Shown piece by piece: positions 51,030 to 60,460 of a stretch of 64,000 bases of DNA. The DNA comes from Verrucomicrobiota bacterium. GTDB lineage: Bacteria > Verrucomicrobiota > Verrucomicrobiia > Opitutales > Coraliomargaritaceae. Position numbers and translations under genes: made by a program. The notes below the pieces were generated by a model. It was given only the letters and a program-made list of their open reading frames with translations, made no database searches and was not told the origin of the DNA. Numbering within the stretch: position 1 is the first letter of the stretch; each line of letters starts with the position of its first letter. The stretch covers positions 1-64,000 of the forward strand of contig JBCBZJ010000016.1 in assembly GCA_039815375.1 (NCBI GenBank). Direction: 5' to 3'.

Positions 51030-53222
51030 TTAGAACCTGTAAGTCGCAGAGACGCTCATATTTTGCTTATCTCCGACGTAGACACCACCTCCAGCCGCAT
51101 CCCGCCCAACGATGTAGTCTTGGTCGAAAAGATTACGAACGGTGAGACCAAGCTTCCATCGCTTTTCCGTAAAACCAAGGTGCAGATTGACCACGTCATA
51201 GCCCTCGATGCTTTGGTTATTCAGGAGGTCACCGTTGGAAAAAAAGTCATCAACAACCGTCCAATCTGCAGCCAGGTGCCATCGATCCAAGAATTCGTAA
51301 CGCCCCCAAAACGCAGCACTGTAACTCGGTGCTCCAGGAAATTCATTTCCTTCAACTTCAAAACCAGGGCCTCCACTGGGGAACTCAGTAAACTTGGTGT
51401 GAACATACCCAAGTGAAGCACCGATCGTGAGTTTTTCCATCGGTTGCCAGCTGACCTCAAATTCAGTGCCATATACTTCGGAACGCCCTGCATTGACTGT
51501 TAGCGGAAAGCTCAGGTCGGGCCCACCATTCGGGTCTATTGCAGTCTGCTCAATCTCAACCTGTTGATCAACCCAATCGTAAAAGAAGATGTTCGCGTTA
51601 AGCCTCAGCCGATTATCCAGCCATTCCGAACGATAGGAAATTTCATAGCTTCGAAGGTATTCTGCATCTACGACCGGATTGACCCCAAGTTCTTCGGCCG
51701 AAAATTCTGAATCGATGAACTGCGCGAAGCCTGCACGATAGCCCTCCGAGTAAATGAAGGACAACGACTGTTCTGGTCGGAACTGCCAGGTCAGCGAAGC
51801 CCTGGGCAGGAAGGCATCGAACTCACCTGAGGTTTCGTCAAGCTCGTCCGGATCAGGCGAGCGATCCAGAAAAGAGTTTTCAAATTCCTCTTCGTCGTAA
51901 CGTGCCCCAAGTGAAAGCATCAGTTTCTCCATGATCGGGATGTTCCACTCTGCAAAGATCGCCCGATTCTCCGTCGTATTGTCGGCTCTCAAATCCTGCC
52001 GGACGGTCGTTCCAGCTGGTGGTTCGAACATCAGCCGGACAACCGAATCGCGATCAAACTCCAAATGCGAGTAAAACAAGCCGACAAATCCGCTCAAACG
52101 CCCCTCCTCCACTTCGCCGTAATTGAGCCGCAACTCCTGGGCAAAATCGCGGTCTTCCCGAACTTCATCGCGGTCGTAGAAGGACTGTGGAGTCAGATAA
52201 CTTGTCGACGTCAAGGTGTAGGAACTCGTCGAGCTCAGTTCCCAATCCTCACCCAAAGCGTAGCGACCACGCAACACATGGAGATCGATTTCGGTCTCGC
52301 GGGTTTCAGCAAAAATAAATCCATCAAACCCGAAGCGACGATCAAACGGGTCGGCACCCACACTACCATCAACAGCTGAATTAGACGGACTATCCTCTAC
52401 CCGATTGTAAATCGCCTCCAGTTCCAAACCTGGCACGAAACTCGGAGTAAAAAGCAATTTGCTCCGAAGCATCTCATATTCGTCCTCCGCAAACGTTTCC
52501 AGCTCGGGGCTCGCGTATTCGATATCCAGCTCCCGCTCAATCTTCTCTGCTGCGACCCTAAAGGCCAGTTGATCATCGATCAACGGTCCCGAGACCATCA
52601 AAGCTCCTTCTCGACGATCCAACTCACCAAAAATCCCCCGGGCAGCCGCTTCCCAAAAATAGGTCGGTGAGTTCGTCTCAATCAGGATCAATCCAGCCAG
52701 CGCATTGCGGCCCTGACGTGTCGACTGCGGGCCCCGATAGACCTCGATCCGGCCGACATCCCAAGAACCTCTGGCACCGCGCCGAATGCCCTCAAAGGTC
52801 TGCGTCACCCCGTCGACCACCAATGTGGAAGTAGGCCGCAACTGTGCACCCGGCTGCCCGACCCCTTCGGAGTTGATGCCTCGAATCGTGAATCCGCTGT
52901 TCGCCCCGTTCGCGACAACAGACTGAGCGTTTGCGACAAAGCGCAAACTGTCTCGAAAGTCGACGACATCGTAATCCTGAATGAGGATCTCGTCGATTAC
53001 CGCGAGACTGTCGATGGTGGTTTGCGTGGTGCGCTCCATCTTCGTTCCGGTTACTACAAACTCATCGAGCGCCACAATTGGCACCTCTCCGTTTTCAGAA
53101 TTGGCCTGTGCATAAGACACGGGCCAGCCGAAGCAACTCACGGAAAAGGCACTCCCAAGCATAATGATGCGATTTAAAACCATCTCTCGTTTGGACCTCC
53201 GATCCATAGCCGTAGAAGTCAA
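51030..53222 (-). CDS. TonB-dependent receptor
   Basis: TonB box DEFVVTG, TIRGI, IEVYRGPQST..GRNA, VRNLFD, terminal YRF. Confidence 0.94.
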   Translation of the reverse strand: MTSTAMDRRSKREMVLNRIIMLGSAFSVSCFGWPVSYAQANSENGEVPIVALDEFVVTGTKMERTTQTTIDSLAVIDEILIQDYDVVDFRDSLRFVANAQSVVANGANSGFTIRGINSEGVGQPGAQLRPTSTLVVDGVTQTFEGIRRGARGSWDVGRIEVYRGPQSTRQGRNALAGLILIETNSPTYFWEAAARGIFGELDRREGALMVSGPLIDDQLAFRVAAEKIERELDIEYASPELETFAEDEYEMLRSKLLFTPSFVPGLELEAIYNRVEDSPSNSAVDGSVGADPFDRRFGFDGFIFAETRETEIDLHVLRGRYALGEDWELSSTSSYTLTSTSYLTPQSFYDRDEVREDRDFAQELRLNYGEVEEGRLSGFVGLFYSHLEFDRDSVVRLMFEPPAGTTVRQDLRADNTTENRAIFAEWNIPIMEKLMLSLGARYDEEEFENSFLDRSPDPDELDETSGEFDAFLPRASLTWQFRPEQSLSFIYSEGYRAGFAQFIDSEFSAEELGVNPVVDAEYLRSYEISYRSEWLDNRLRLNANIFFYDWVDQQVEIEQTAIDPNGGPDLSFPLTVNAGRSEVYGTEFEVSWQPMEKLTIGASLGYVHTKFTEFPSGGPGFEVEGNEFPGAPSYSAAFWGRYEFLDRWHLAADWTVVDDFFSNGDLLNNQSIEGYDVVNLHLGFTEKRWKLGLTVRNLFDQDYIVGRDAAGGGVYVGDKQNMSVSATYRF

Positions 53223-54157
53223 TTTGAAATCACAATCGCGTAGAAGCGTTGATCCTCCTCACTACTGTCCGGGTCAACGACCTGCTTCGCACTGCCGTCG
53301 CCCGTGATCAGGCCGCCCAGGTTCGCCCAGGTCGGGATCGCACCCGCACCGGCTAGCTCACTGGTCCATTTGACCTGATAGAAATTGCCCGCGACCGAAG
53401 AAAATTGGACTACCGCATCCCCCTCGGAAAATGTGATCGACGGTGTGACTGGAACGATTGGCGTGGGCGGGGCACTGATTTCCGGAGCGAAAGTAGGTGT
53501 GCCCTCGAAATCCCATTCCTGACGAGCCTCGACTTGAGGAAAAGGTGAAGGAAGTTGAACCAACACAGTATCATCGACTGAAAGTTCAAAACTCGATGCA
53601 CTCATGGTAAGCGTCCCGTCATAGGAATCGGCTGCACCTGAAAAGGTAAATCCAATATCGGCCGAAAAAGTCATACTTTGGACCACCCCATCCAATAGAG
53701 TGACGCTACCCGCCACAGAACTCAATGCAGTCGCATAATTCCCGCCTGCGACAGAAAGGCTGGACCCTGATACGTAAGGATCGAAATCGAAACCGGCGTC
53801 TATAATCGAAATTGTCTCACTACCTTGACCTGTGATTTCGGCACTCAGAGTGAGCGTTCCGACATCCGCCCAGTTGCTTTCGGTTGGAAAGCCGTCAACA
53901 CCAGAATTGAAAAGCGCATCGCTATCGATGTCATACATCCCGTCCGGCGACCGGTTGATCTGAGCATAAGCATTCGAAAAATAATCGTAGAATCGGCCGC
54001 CCCCATCAGCAGTAAGACTAACAACAATATCTGCTCTCGTTACTTGATCTGAATGTACCGCAGTAATCAGAAGAAGTCCTGAAACACGAAGAGCAGACCG
54101 ACGAATCCTTTGCATCTTTGAATCAGACCACGAACCAGCCCGGAATCGAGCATTCAT
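53219..54157 (-). CDS. Secreted beta-rich protein with Pro-rich linker and C-terminal 'RFY' domain
   Basis: ATGA/TTGA overlaps with neighbouring genes; PPTPIVPVTP linker; YQVKWTSEL..W..RFY tail. Confidence 0.78.
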   Translation of the reverse strand: MNARFRAGSWSDSKMQRIRRSALRVSGLLLITAVHSDQVTRADIVVSLTADGGGRFYDYFSNAYAQINRSPDGMYDIDSDALFNSGVDGFPTESNWADVGTLTLSAEITGQGSETISIIDAGFDFDPYVSGSSLSVAGGNYATALSSVAGSVTLLDGVVQSMTFSADIGFTFSGAADSYDGTLTMSASSFELSVDDTVLVQLPSPFPQVEARQEWDFEGTPTFAPEISAPPTPIVPVTPSITFSEGDAVVQFSSVAGNFYQVKWTSELAGAGAIPTWANLGGLITGDGSAKQVVDPDSSEEDQRFYAIVISN

Positions 54158-54933
54158 CTACCCGCTCTTCTACGACGGACCGTTGAGAATCCAAGGGCTC
54201 CAAGGCCTAAAAAGAGTGTAAGAAGGCTTGGTTCAGGAACCACAACTCCATCAAGTGTCAATGTTGTGGGCGGGAGGTTGGCAAATGCAGCAGAAGTCGA
54301 CCCCCTAAAAATTCGCTCGTTGGCATTTGGATTGCCACCAGGAAGCTGACTCCCATCAGGTTGCCAGGTGGTTAGGGAACCACCGATCAACCAATCACCA
54401 CCCAAGTCGATCGATGATTGAATCGATGCGAGCGCGTCCGAGTTGAGCGTAATCGTTTGGAAGGTCCCGCTGTCATCCAGCGTATTCACCGAGGAATCGG
54501 TCGTCAGGGTCCCGTAGGACGTTCCTGTCCCCAGATCAGCAAATACACCCAGCGCATTGGTAAAGCTGGCAATATCGGACGCGGAGCTACTGCCGACGTC
54601 AAAAAACGTAATCGTTTCTGAAGAATCGGGAGAATCATAGGAGGTCGAGCCCTGCCCGTTCTCTCCGGGATGAAAAAACGTGATGGTCGCACTCGTGACC
54701 GTTCCGGAGAGATTGCTCAAATCAAAGACATGAAAATTGCGTGTCACCTCAGCCCTGCTACCACTACTGCCAGTGGCTCGAACTTGATACGCTTCTCCGT
54801 AGCCAGCAAAAAAAACAAAGTCATCGATCGAACCACGGTTCGTCGTTGTCACATCAACCGAAGCAGACGCATTGTTCATACTCCAAAGCGTAGCAAACAG
54901 GACAAGGTTCGTTTTTCTAAAAGCGTTTTGCAT
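54154..54933 (-). CDS. PEP-CTERM protein
   Basis: Signal peptide; VPEPS + hydrophobic helix + RRRR. Confidence 0.9.
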   Translation of the reverse strand: MQNAFRKTNLVLFATLWSMNNASASVDVTTTNRGSIDDFVFFAGYGEAYQVRATGSSGSRAEVTRNFHVFDLSNLSGTVTSATITFFHPGENGQGSTSYDSPDSSETITFFDVGSSSASDIASFTNALGVFADLGTGTSYGTLTTDSSVNTLDDSGTFQTITLNSDALASIQSSIDLGGDWLIGGSLTTWQPDGSQLPGGNPNANERIFRGSTSAAFANLPPTTLTLDGVVVPEPSLLTLFLGLGALGFSTVRRRRAGR

Positions 54934-55134
54934 CGTTAATCGATTGGCTGGAAATAATTATGCGTAAACAGGGTCCTTTGGTTCCCTGATCTCAATTCCG
55001 TTCATACAGATCACTTTCGGTGCTGGGAAATTTTTTATAAATCCAAGTTTTATAACTATCTTCTCTGTCTGATTCGGTGAAAATTCGACTTCTCGATTCA
55101 GCCTGAATCTTCGAAGAAAATGTGCTTGCTGGAT

Positions 55135-55160
55135 AAAAAAACCGCCGTGATTGGCGGTTT
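55135..55160 (-). terminator. Intrinsic terminator after the first PEP-CTERM gene
   Basis: Minus strand AAACCGCC-AATCAC-GGCGGTTTTTTT. Confidence 0.75.
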
Positions 55161-55202
55161 GAAAGTTGGACGAGCTCTCAAAAGGGAGTGGATGCAAGAA
55201 CC

Positions 55203-55931
55203 CTAAGATCGGCGCCGACGGTTCGCTGCAAAATTGAATGCCACAATTCCAAAAAGCACCGCAAATATGGAAGGCTCCGGCACGACCTGCGTGAACACTG
55301 TTCCACTATCCAACTGAAAAGCCGACTGAGCAAGGAAAGGACTGCCAATATAAAACAGTTGATATTCCGCCATTCCGCTGAGGTCCAATCCGGAGAGGTC
55401 CCATTGGAATTGATTTACAGTAGTGCCACCGAAGTCAATCGGATCGCCAGCAGATGTGGCGGTAAAATCGGCCGGTAAGGCCGTGAAGAGATCATTTGAG
55501 TCACTGTCCAGAATAGTCAATGTAGGTTCGGCAATGAAGCCACCCAAGGCTTCGATCTGGAATACCACTGTTTCCAGCCCTGCAAGCGGAGCCGAGTTAA
55601 CCGTAACAAACTGGCCAGGTGAAGTATGAGAATAAATCGACTCTGATGCGAAATATCCGCCACCGCCTACTTTAAAGATAAACGCGTTGTTTGCAGATCC
55701 TACATCAGTTGCGCCAACCGGAGCTCCCCAAGCATCCTCGAATTCGCTGATCGAATCCGGCCAAACGGGCCCGGGGAAGTTTGTTCCGTTAAGATCTGAC
55801 CACCCTTCATACTCAGTGGTTCCTGAGAGCGAGATATTGACCAAGCCTAATGCAGGGCTTGCCAAAGCAATAAGAGAAATCCCGACTAGGAATTTGGTTA
55901 ATTTTGCCTGAGTTCGACTATGCGTTTTCAT
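55203..55931 (-). CDS. PEP-CTERM protein
   Basis: ATG 55931, signal peptide; VPEPS + hydrophobic helix + RRRRS. Confidence 0.9.
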   Translation of the reverse strand: MKTHSRTQAKLTKFLVGISLIALASPALGLVNISLSGTTEYEGWSDLNGTNFPGPVWPDSISEFEDAWGAPVGATDVGSANNAFIFKVGGGGYFASESIYSHTSPGQFVTVNSAPLAGLETVVFQIEALGGFIAEPTLTILDSDSNDLFTALPADFTATSAGDPIDFGGTTVNQFQWDLSGLDLSGMAEYQLFYIGSPFLAQSAFQLDSGTVFTQVVPEPSIFAVLFGIVAFNFAANRRRRS

Positions 55932-55936
55932 GATTA

Positions 55937-55991
55937 TGAGACTCAATTACAACTTTAAATACCATGTCAATGCTTTTGAGACTCATTTTCA
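55937..55991. promoter_or_regulatory. Two Fur-like 7-1-7 boxes flanking a TTGACA -35 hexamer
   Basis: TGAGACTCAATTACA (55937-55951) and TGAGACTCATTTTCA (55977-55991); TTGACA on the minus strand at 55965-55970. Confidence 0.55.
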
Positions 55992-56348
55992 TAAATAATT
56001 TAAAGATGCTCTTCACAAGAAAGAAGAGACAAGCACAGTTTGCATACGGAACGTCATAAAGCACCGTAACACCTCTCTATTGAGCAGTGAACGGATTACT
56101 TAACCGAAGCAAATAGGCTCGCGCAAATACGTCAGTAAGACCGGGAAAGTCTCTGCATAGAGGTCCAGGCGACCAGAAAAGATGCCCCGGCCGTCGACGG
56201 TAACGAAGAACATCAAGCCGCCCGTTTGGCAGTGGTGCAAAATCTTCTGTTCGCTAAAAAACCGAAATCAGAGATCAAAAAGACTACTCAAACGGCCCGG
56301 CTCCAACAAGGCTCTGGATTCTGGACATTGAAAAGCCTACCGCCAAAC

Positions 56349-56897
56349 TTACTCCACCACCTTCATTATCCCGGCCATATTGGCGAAGATGTGCCCCGGG
56401 AAGGAGCAGACAAAGTCATAAATGCCAACTCCCGGAGCGGTGAATTCAACCGTGTCTTCCTCACCGGGACCGATCAATTTTGTGTAGGCCAGCACCCTAC
56501 TGTCATTGAGCGGGACATAGTCCGTATCTGCGGCTTTGACTGAATCCGTGGCAAACTTCTGCTTGTCTGTTCCAGCCTGGAGGATAACCACGTTATGCCC
56601 CATCGCTGCTTTCGGAAGCTTTCCGGTATTTTTGAAAACCAAAGTAACTTTCGAACCGGACTTCACGGTAAATTCTTTCACGTCGAACTGCATCATGTCA
56701 TTCCCTGTAATCAGGACGACAGGGGCGCTCTCTGCAGAGAAGTCTTTTGATTTCGCATCTAGAGGAGTTTCGGAAGCGTGAGCTGCGTGGTCATCCATGT
56801 GATGCGCATGATCATGAGTCGCTTCATCCTCCTTTGAGCCACCGCAAGCCACAAGGAGAAGACAAAGTGAAAGGCAAAAGTAATTTCTTATCAGCAT
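56349..56897 (-). CDS. Azurin/auracyanin-like blue copper lipoprotein
   Basis: Lipobox LVAC; GNDMMQFD, MGHNVV, CSFPGH....M copper ligands; His-rich linker. Confidence 0.9.
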   Translation of the reverse strand: MLIRNYFCLSLCLLLVACGGSKEDEATHDHAHHMDDHAAHASETPLDAKSKDFSAESAPVVLITGNDMMQFDVKEFTVKSGSKVTLVFKNTGKLPKAAMGHNVVILQAGTDKQKFATDSVKAADTDYVPLNDSRVLAYTKLIGPGEEDTVEFTAPGVGIYDFVCSFPGHIFANMAGIMKVVE

Positions 56898-57078
56898 ATC
56901 TTTGGATTCTAAGCGTCGAATTTGGATTATCAAGGCGCACTTGGGTTTCATTCATTGAAAGTGCAACTGCTTTGGCAGCATCACGGTTAGTGTCTTTGCG
57001 ACCGAAGCGAAGAAACATCATCATTTTTAATGCCAAGATAAAGAATGGATACCTAATAAATAGATAAAAACGTTACTC

Positions 57079-58425
57079 TTATTGGGCTGCTTCGATCGCT
57101 TCGATGTAGCGTTTCAAACCGGCACTCGGTTTCAACGAATCGGCCTCCCGCAGAAACTCGAGAGCGTTCTTGAAATCGCCTTTGTCGACCTCGAGACGAC
57201 CAAGCGCCACCAGCGCTTCATGCTTTTTGTCCGGCACCGACAGAGCACGTTGCAAATAGAACTCAGCCTCGGGGAAAGCTTTGCCCCGACGGAACGCCTC
57301 CGCCAGCAGAAGGAGAGCTTCACCGTTTAAAGGAGAGGACTTCACGATAGGCTCTAGCGCAAAGATTGCGGCTTTGCCATCACCCTGCTCAAGTTTAAGG
57401 CCGGCTTTTGCTACAGAAAGTTGAATCTCCGCGTCATCTTCGAGATCAACGGGAAGCACAGCTTCAAGAGTCGCAAGATATCGCTCAGCCTCTGGAAAAA
57501 GCCCACGGCTTACGAGGAATTCCAGTGGACGTAGCGATTGATCCATGCCCTCGAAGCCATGAATACGCAATGAAGTCTCATAAGCTTCAAGTGCAAGGAA
57601 GTGGTTGTCTTCGCGCAGGTGAACATTGCCAAGAAGCTGCAACGCATTACGGCTGGCATCCCCCCGGCCACGCAACACCTCGAGATTGGCGATAGCGTCC
57701 TCATAACGTTCCTGCTCAAGATAGGCATTTGCCTGGAGAAGCCAGAGGTCGGTGCTCTGCGGACGCTCTGCAATCAACTCATCGAAAAGTCCGATCGCCT
57801 CATCACCGCGATTCATTGCCAACAGGGACTGCGCTTGTCCCTGTTTGAAGTCCATGCTGTCCGGCTTAAAGATACGAGCCTTCTCATAAGCACTGAGCGC
57901 ACTTTGATACTTCTCTCCTATAAGGTAAGCGTAGGCCAGTAACCCGTAACTTTGAGCGTCGCCACCGCCCAGGGCGATCACCTTAAGCCAAGTATCAATC
58001 GAAGCTTCGAAACGGTCGGTTTGTACCAGAATAAAACCGAGTGTGCGGTGCGCACGGCGGAAGTCCGGGAACTTCCTGATGGCAGTGCGAAGGGCCTTCT
58101 CCGAGCGATCCAGCTGATCGAGCTGGTAGTAAAGATTGCCTAAGAGAAAATCGAAGGCGGCGGTCGAGTCTGTCTTCAGCCCCGCCTCAAGCTCGCGGGC
58201 AGCACCCGCGGGATCATTCTGTAAAAAGGGCTCGATCTTCTCATAGAGCGGCCGATCCTCCTGCGTTACCTCCGGCTCGATCTTGGAATTTATTCCGTAG
58301 CTTCCAAGAAATCGGGCGCGGAAGTCGGGTGCAGCAGGACCGGAGTCGGTCAGTGTAAACGATTGCACCTGCCCCAAAGTCAGGAGGAACAGAGACGAAA
58401 TGCTAAGTAAGTATTTGGGTTTCAT
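57079..58425 (-). CDS. TPR protein (TtpD-like) of the TonB operon
   Basis: Signal peptide and multiple TPR repeats; position after tonB. Confidence 0.85.
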   Translation of the reverse strand: MKPKYLLSISSLFLLTLGQVQSFTLTDSGPAAPDFRARFLGSYGINSKIEPEVTQEDRPLYEKIEPFLQNDPAGAARELEAGLKTDSTAAFDFLLGNLYYQLDQLDRSEKALRTAIRKFPDFRRAHRTLGFILVQTDRFEASIDTWLKVIALGGGDAQSYGLLAYAYLIGEKYQSALSAYEKARIFKPDSMDFKQGQAQSLLAMNRGDEAIGLFDELIAERPQSTDLWLLQANAYLEQERYEDAIANLEVLRGRGDASRNALQLLGNVHLREDNHFLALEAYETSLRIHGFEGMDQSLRPLEFLVSRGLFPEAERYLATLEAVLPVDLEDDAEIQLSVAKAGLKLEQGDGKAAIFALEPIVKSSPLNGEALLLLAEAFRRGKAFPEAEFYLQRALSVPDKKHEALVALGRLEVDKGDFKNALEFLREADSLKPSAGLKRYIEAIEAAQ

Positions 58426-58457
58426 ATCAAGGAGTCTGCGAGCGTTCTTCTTCCGAT

Positions 58458-59117
58458 CTATTCGCTGTTCAAAGTAAGCGGAAAGGTGCCACGCACCCGG
58501 ACGTATCGGCCTTCGATTTTCTGGAGCTTAAACCGCGCACCCTCTACAATCCGCTTTGCGCTGGGAATAAATTCGTCATGAGTGGCCGACTCGATCCGGA
58601 CAAACTCGGCACGTCCGTTCGGAAGAATATCGATCACCACGAGCACCTTGCCCTGCTTGATACCGCGACGCAAAAGCGAGGGGGGAAAGCGGAAACTCGG
58701 CCGATTCATCAAACTCGGTGCTTCCGGCAGATCATCAAAGGTAAACATGCGCTCGATTTCCTGTGCAACCTCCTGCATCACGAGATCAGGAGAAGGCACA
58801 CCGATCGCAATCGCATCTCCAGTGCCGGCATTCAAATCGATATCCAGCGCGTTGATCGTAATCGGTGGCGGAACCTGCACTAACTCGGGCGGTGGTGGCT
58901 CCGGGAGCGGTTCGCTATCGTCCGGTGGTGGAGGTGGTACATTCGGAGGTGGCGGCGCCAGCACAACTTCACGGATGAGCAAATCGACTTTCTTCACCGG
59001 ATCCAGTATCTGCGTCAGCGGAATAAGTAGAAACAGTAGTACGGAAACAATAGCCGCACCAAGGACCACCAAAATCGGCGTTCCTTTCCATCGGCTGTTC
59101 GGGAAACTTGTTTCCAT
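58458..59117 (-). CDS. tonB: Energy transducer TonB
   Basis: TM anchor, poly-Pro, C-terminal FPP..RRGIKQGKV...ARF domain. Confidence 0.85.
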   Translation of the reverse strand: METSFPNSRWKGTPILVVLGAAIVSVLLFLLIPLTQILDPVKKVDLLIREVVLAPPPPNVPPPPPDDSEPLPEPPPPELVQVPPPITINALDIDLNAGTGDAIAIGVPSPDLVMQEVAQEIERMFTFDDLPEAPSLMNRPSFRFPPSLLRRGIKQGKVLVVIDILPNGRAEFVRIESATHDEFIPSAKRIVEGARFKLQKIEGRYVRVRGTFPLTLNSE

Positions 59118-59128
59118 TTGTCCGGGAG

Positions 59129-59542
59129 CTAGCGCGCGAGCTCCGAAGCAAGGTTAATACGAGTGGCACCGGCCAGAGAGGCCTCGTCATGAACACGGGT
59201 GTAGAGTTCAATTGAAGACTTCTTGTCAGCCTGGATAATGACAGGCATTTCCTCGTCGTCTTTCAGAAGGCGACGCACAATGCCGCGCACCCCGCGCACC
59301 CCGATCTCATTGCCTCCGTAGACCACACGACTATCTTCGGTGATCGCGATGAGGATCGACTCTTTTTCGAGATCGTCTGCGGACGCCGCTTCGGGCCGCT
59401 TCACCTCAACGCCGGTCTCTTCGACGAAGACCGTCGTAACAATGAAGAAAATTAGCAGAATGAACACGATGTCGATCAACGGAGAGACATTGATCTCTTC
59501 GCTCTTTGACGTGTTGGAGTAAAGTAGGCGTCGTTGTTTCAT
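59129..59542 (-). CDS. exbD: ExbD/TolR
   Basis: [23 protein letters not shown]. Confidence 0.92.
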   Translation of the reverse strand: MKQRRLLYSNTSKSEEINVSPLIDIVFILLIFFIVTTVFVEETGVEVKRPEAASADDLEKESILIAITEDSRVVYGGNEIGVRGVRGIVRRLLKDDEEMPVIIQADKKSSIELYTRVHDEASLAGATRINLASELAR

Positions 59543-59692
59543 TCCCTCATATCTTTTTGAATCGTTGATTCACTTTATCTGCGTTCATTTTTTGAAAATG
59601 GAAGTGGCTCGGATTCGGTTCAGGAAAATACCTTTCAAAGCTAGCATTTTTAACGTTTCTACTCATCACACTTTTTCATCTATCAACGCAAA

Positions 59693-60337
59693 TTAGCGGT
59701 TTAAATCTCCGACTTCCGTTCCTTTAGGCATCCGGCCATTCGACCGAATCACCAAGCGGGTATTAAAACGCTCCAGTCGTGCGATGCAGTGAAACAGCGT
59801 ATTGCGACGCTGAATAACCAGAGAGAGCAGGACCATCGCGGGAACCGAAATAACCAGCCCTGTCTGTGTCGTAATCAGTGCTTCGGAGATACCCATGACA
59901 ATACCGTCGAAACGACTCCCCAGCTGCTCGACCATTCCGTTGAAGGTAGAGAGCATGCCGGTAACAGTTCCCAACAAACCCAGAAGCGGTCCAGTCGTTA
60001 TGATGATCGCTAGAAAACGAATGCGCCGGTCAATTGGCGGCAGGTATTCGTTACGCACTTCGGTAAAGTGCCGCTTCACCTCCTCAGAATCACGCGCCTG
60101 GAAACTCACCAGACAACGCAAAGGCGATAGCTCTTTATCCAATCGGCCTGCGATCTCTCCCGAGCCGAGCTTGTGAACGCGAGAGCGCACGAGAAAGTGG
60201 AAGTGCACCCGGCAGAAGAGATCCAACGCAGTTGCATAGATGAAGAACGTCAAAACCAGAAGAGGTAACATCAACCAGCCACCACTCGTCCATATGCTGA
60301 GCGCCTGATCAATAAGACTGTCGTTTTTCGTAAGCAT
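59693..60337 (-). CDS. exbB: ExbB/TolQ/MotA proton channel
   Basis: PLLGLLGTVTGM, GISEALITTQTGL. Confidence 0.88.
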   Translation of the reverse strand: MLTKNDSLIDQALSIWTSGGWLMLPLLVLTFFIYATALDLFCRVHFHFLVRSRVHKLGSGEIAGRLDKELSPLRCLVSFQARDSEEVKRHFTEVRNEYLPPIDRRIRFLAIIITTGPLLGLLGTVTGMLSTFNGMVEQLGSRFDGIVMGISEALITTQTGLVISVPAMVLLSLVIQRRNTLFHCIARLERFNTRLVIRSNGRMPKGTEVGDLNR

Positions 60338-60460
60338 TCGTTATCTAACGCACCGTAAGTTAACGTTGATTTCTAGTATTGAGATCGACCCAAAGCAAAT
60401 CTTCCAACGCTTCCCGTATCATCTGAAAATTGATTCACTTAAATTAACGGTTCAAAAAAA

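Noticed and set aside
54958..55197. 79-aa ORF between the PEP-CTERM genes
   Set aside because: Crosses an intrinsic terminator and has no recognisable features.
56100..56260. Cobalamin riboswitch upstream of the receptor cluster
   Set aside because: Only scattered partial words; no ordered B12-box on the strand of the downstream genes.
59543..59692. 39-codon ORF in the AT-rich gap between exbB and exbD
   Set aside because: Too short, with no motif or RBS support.
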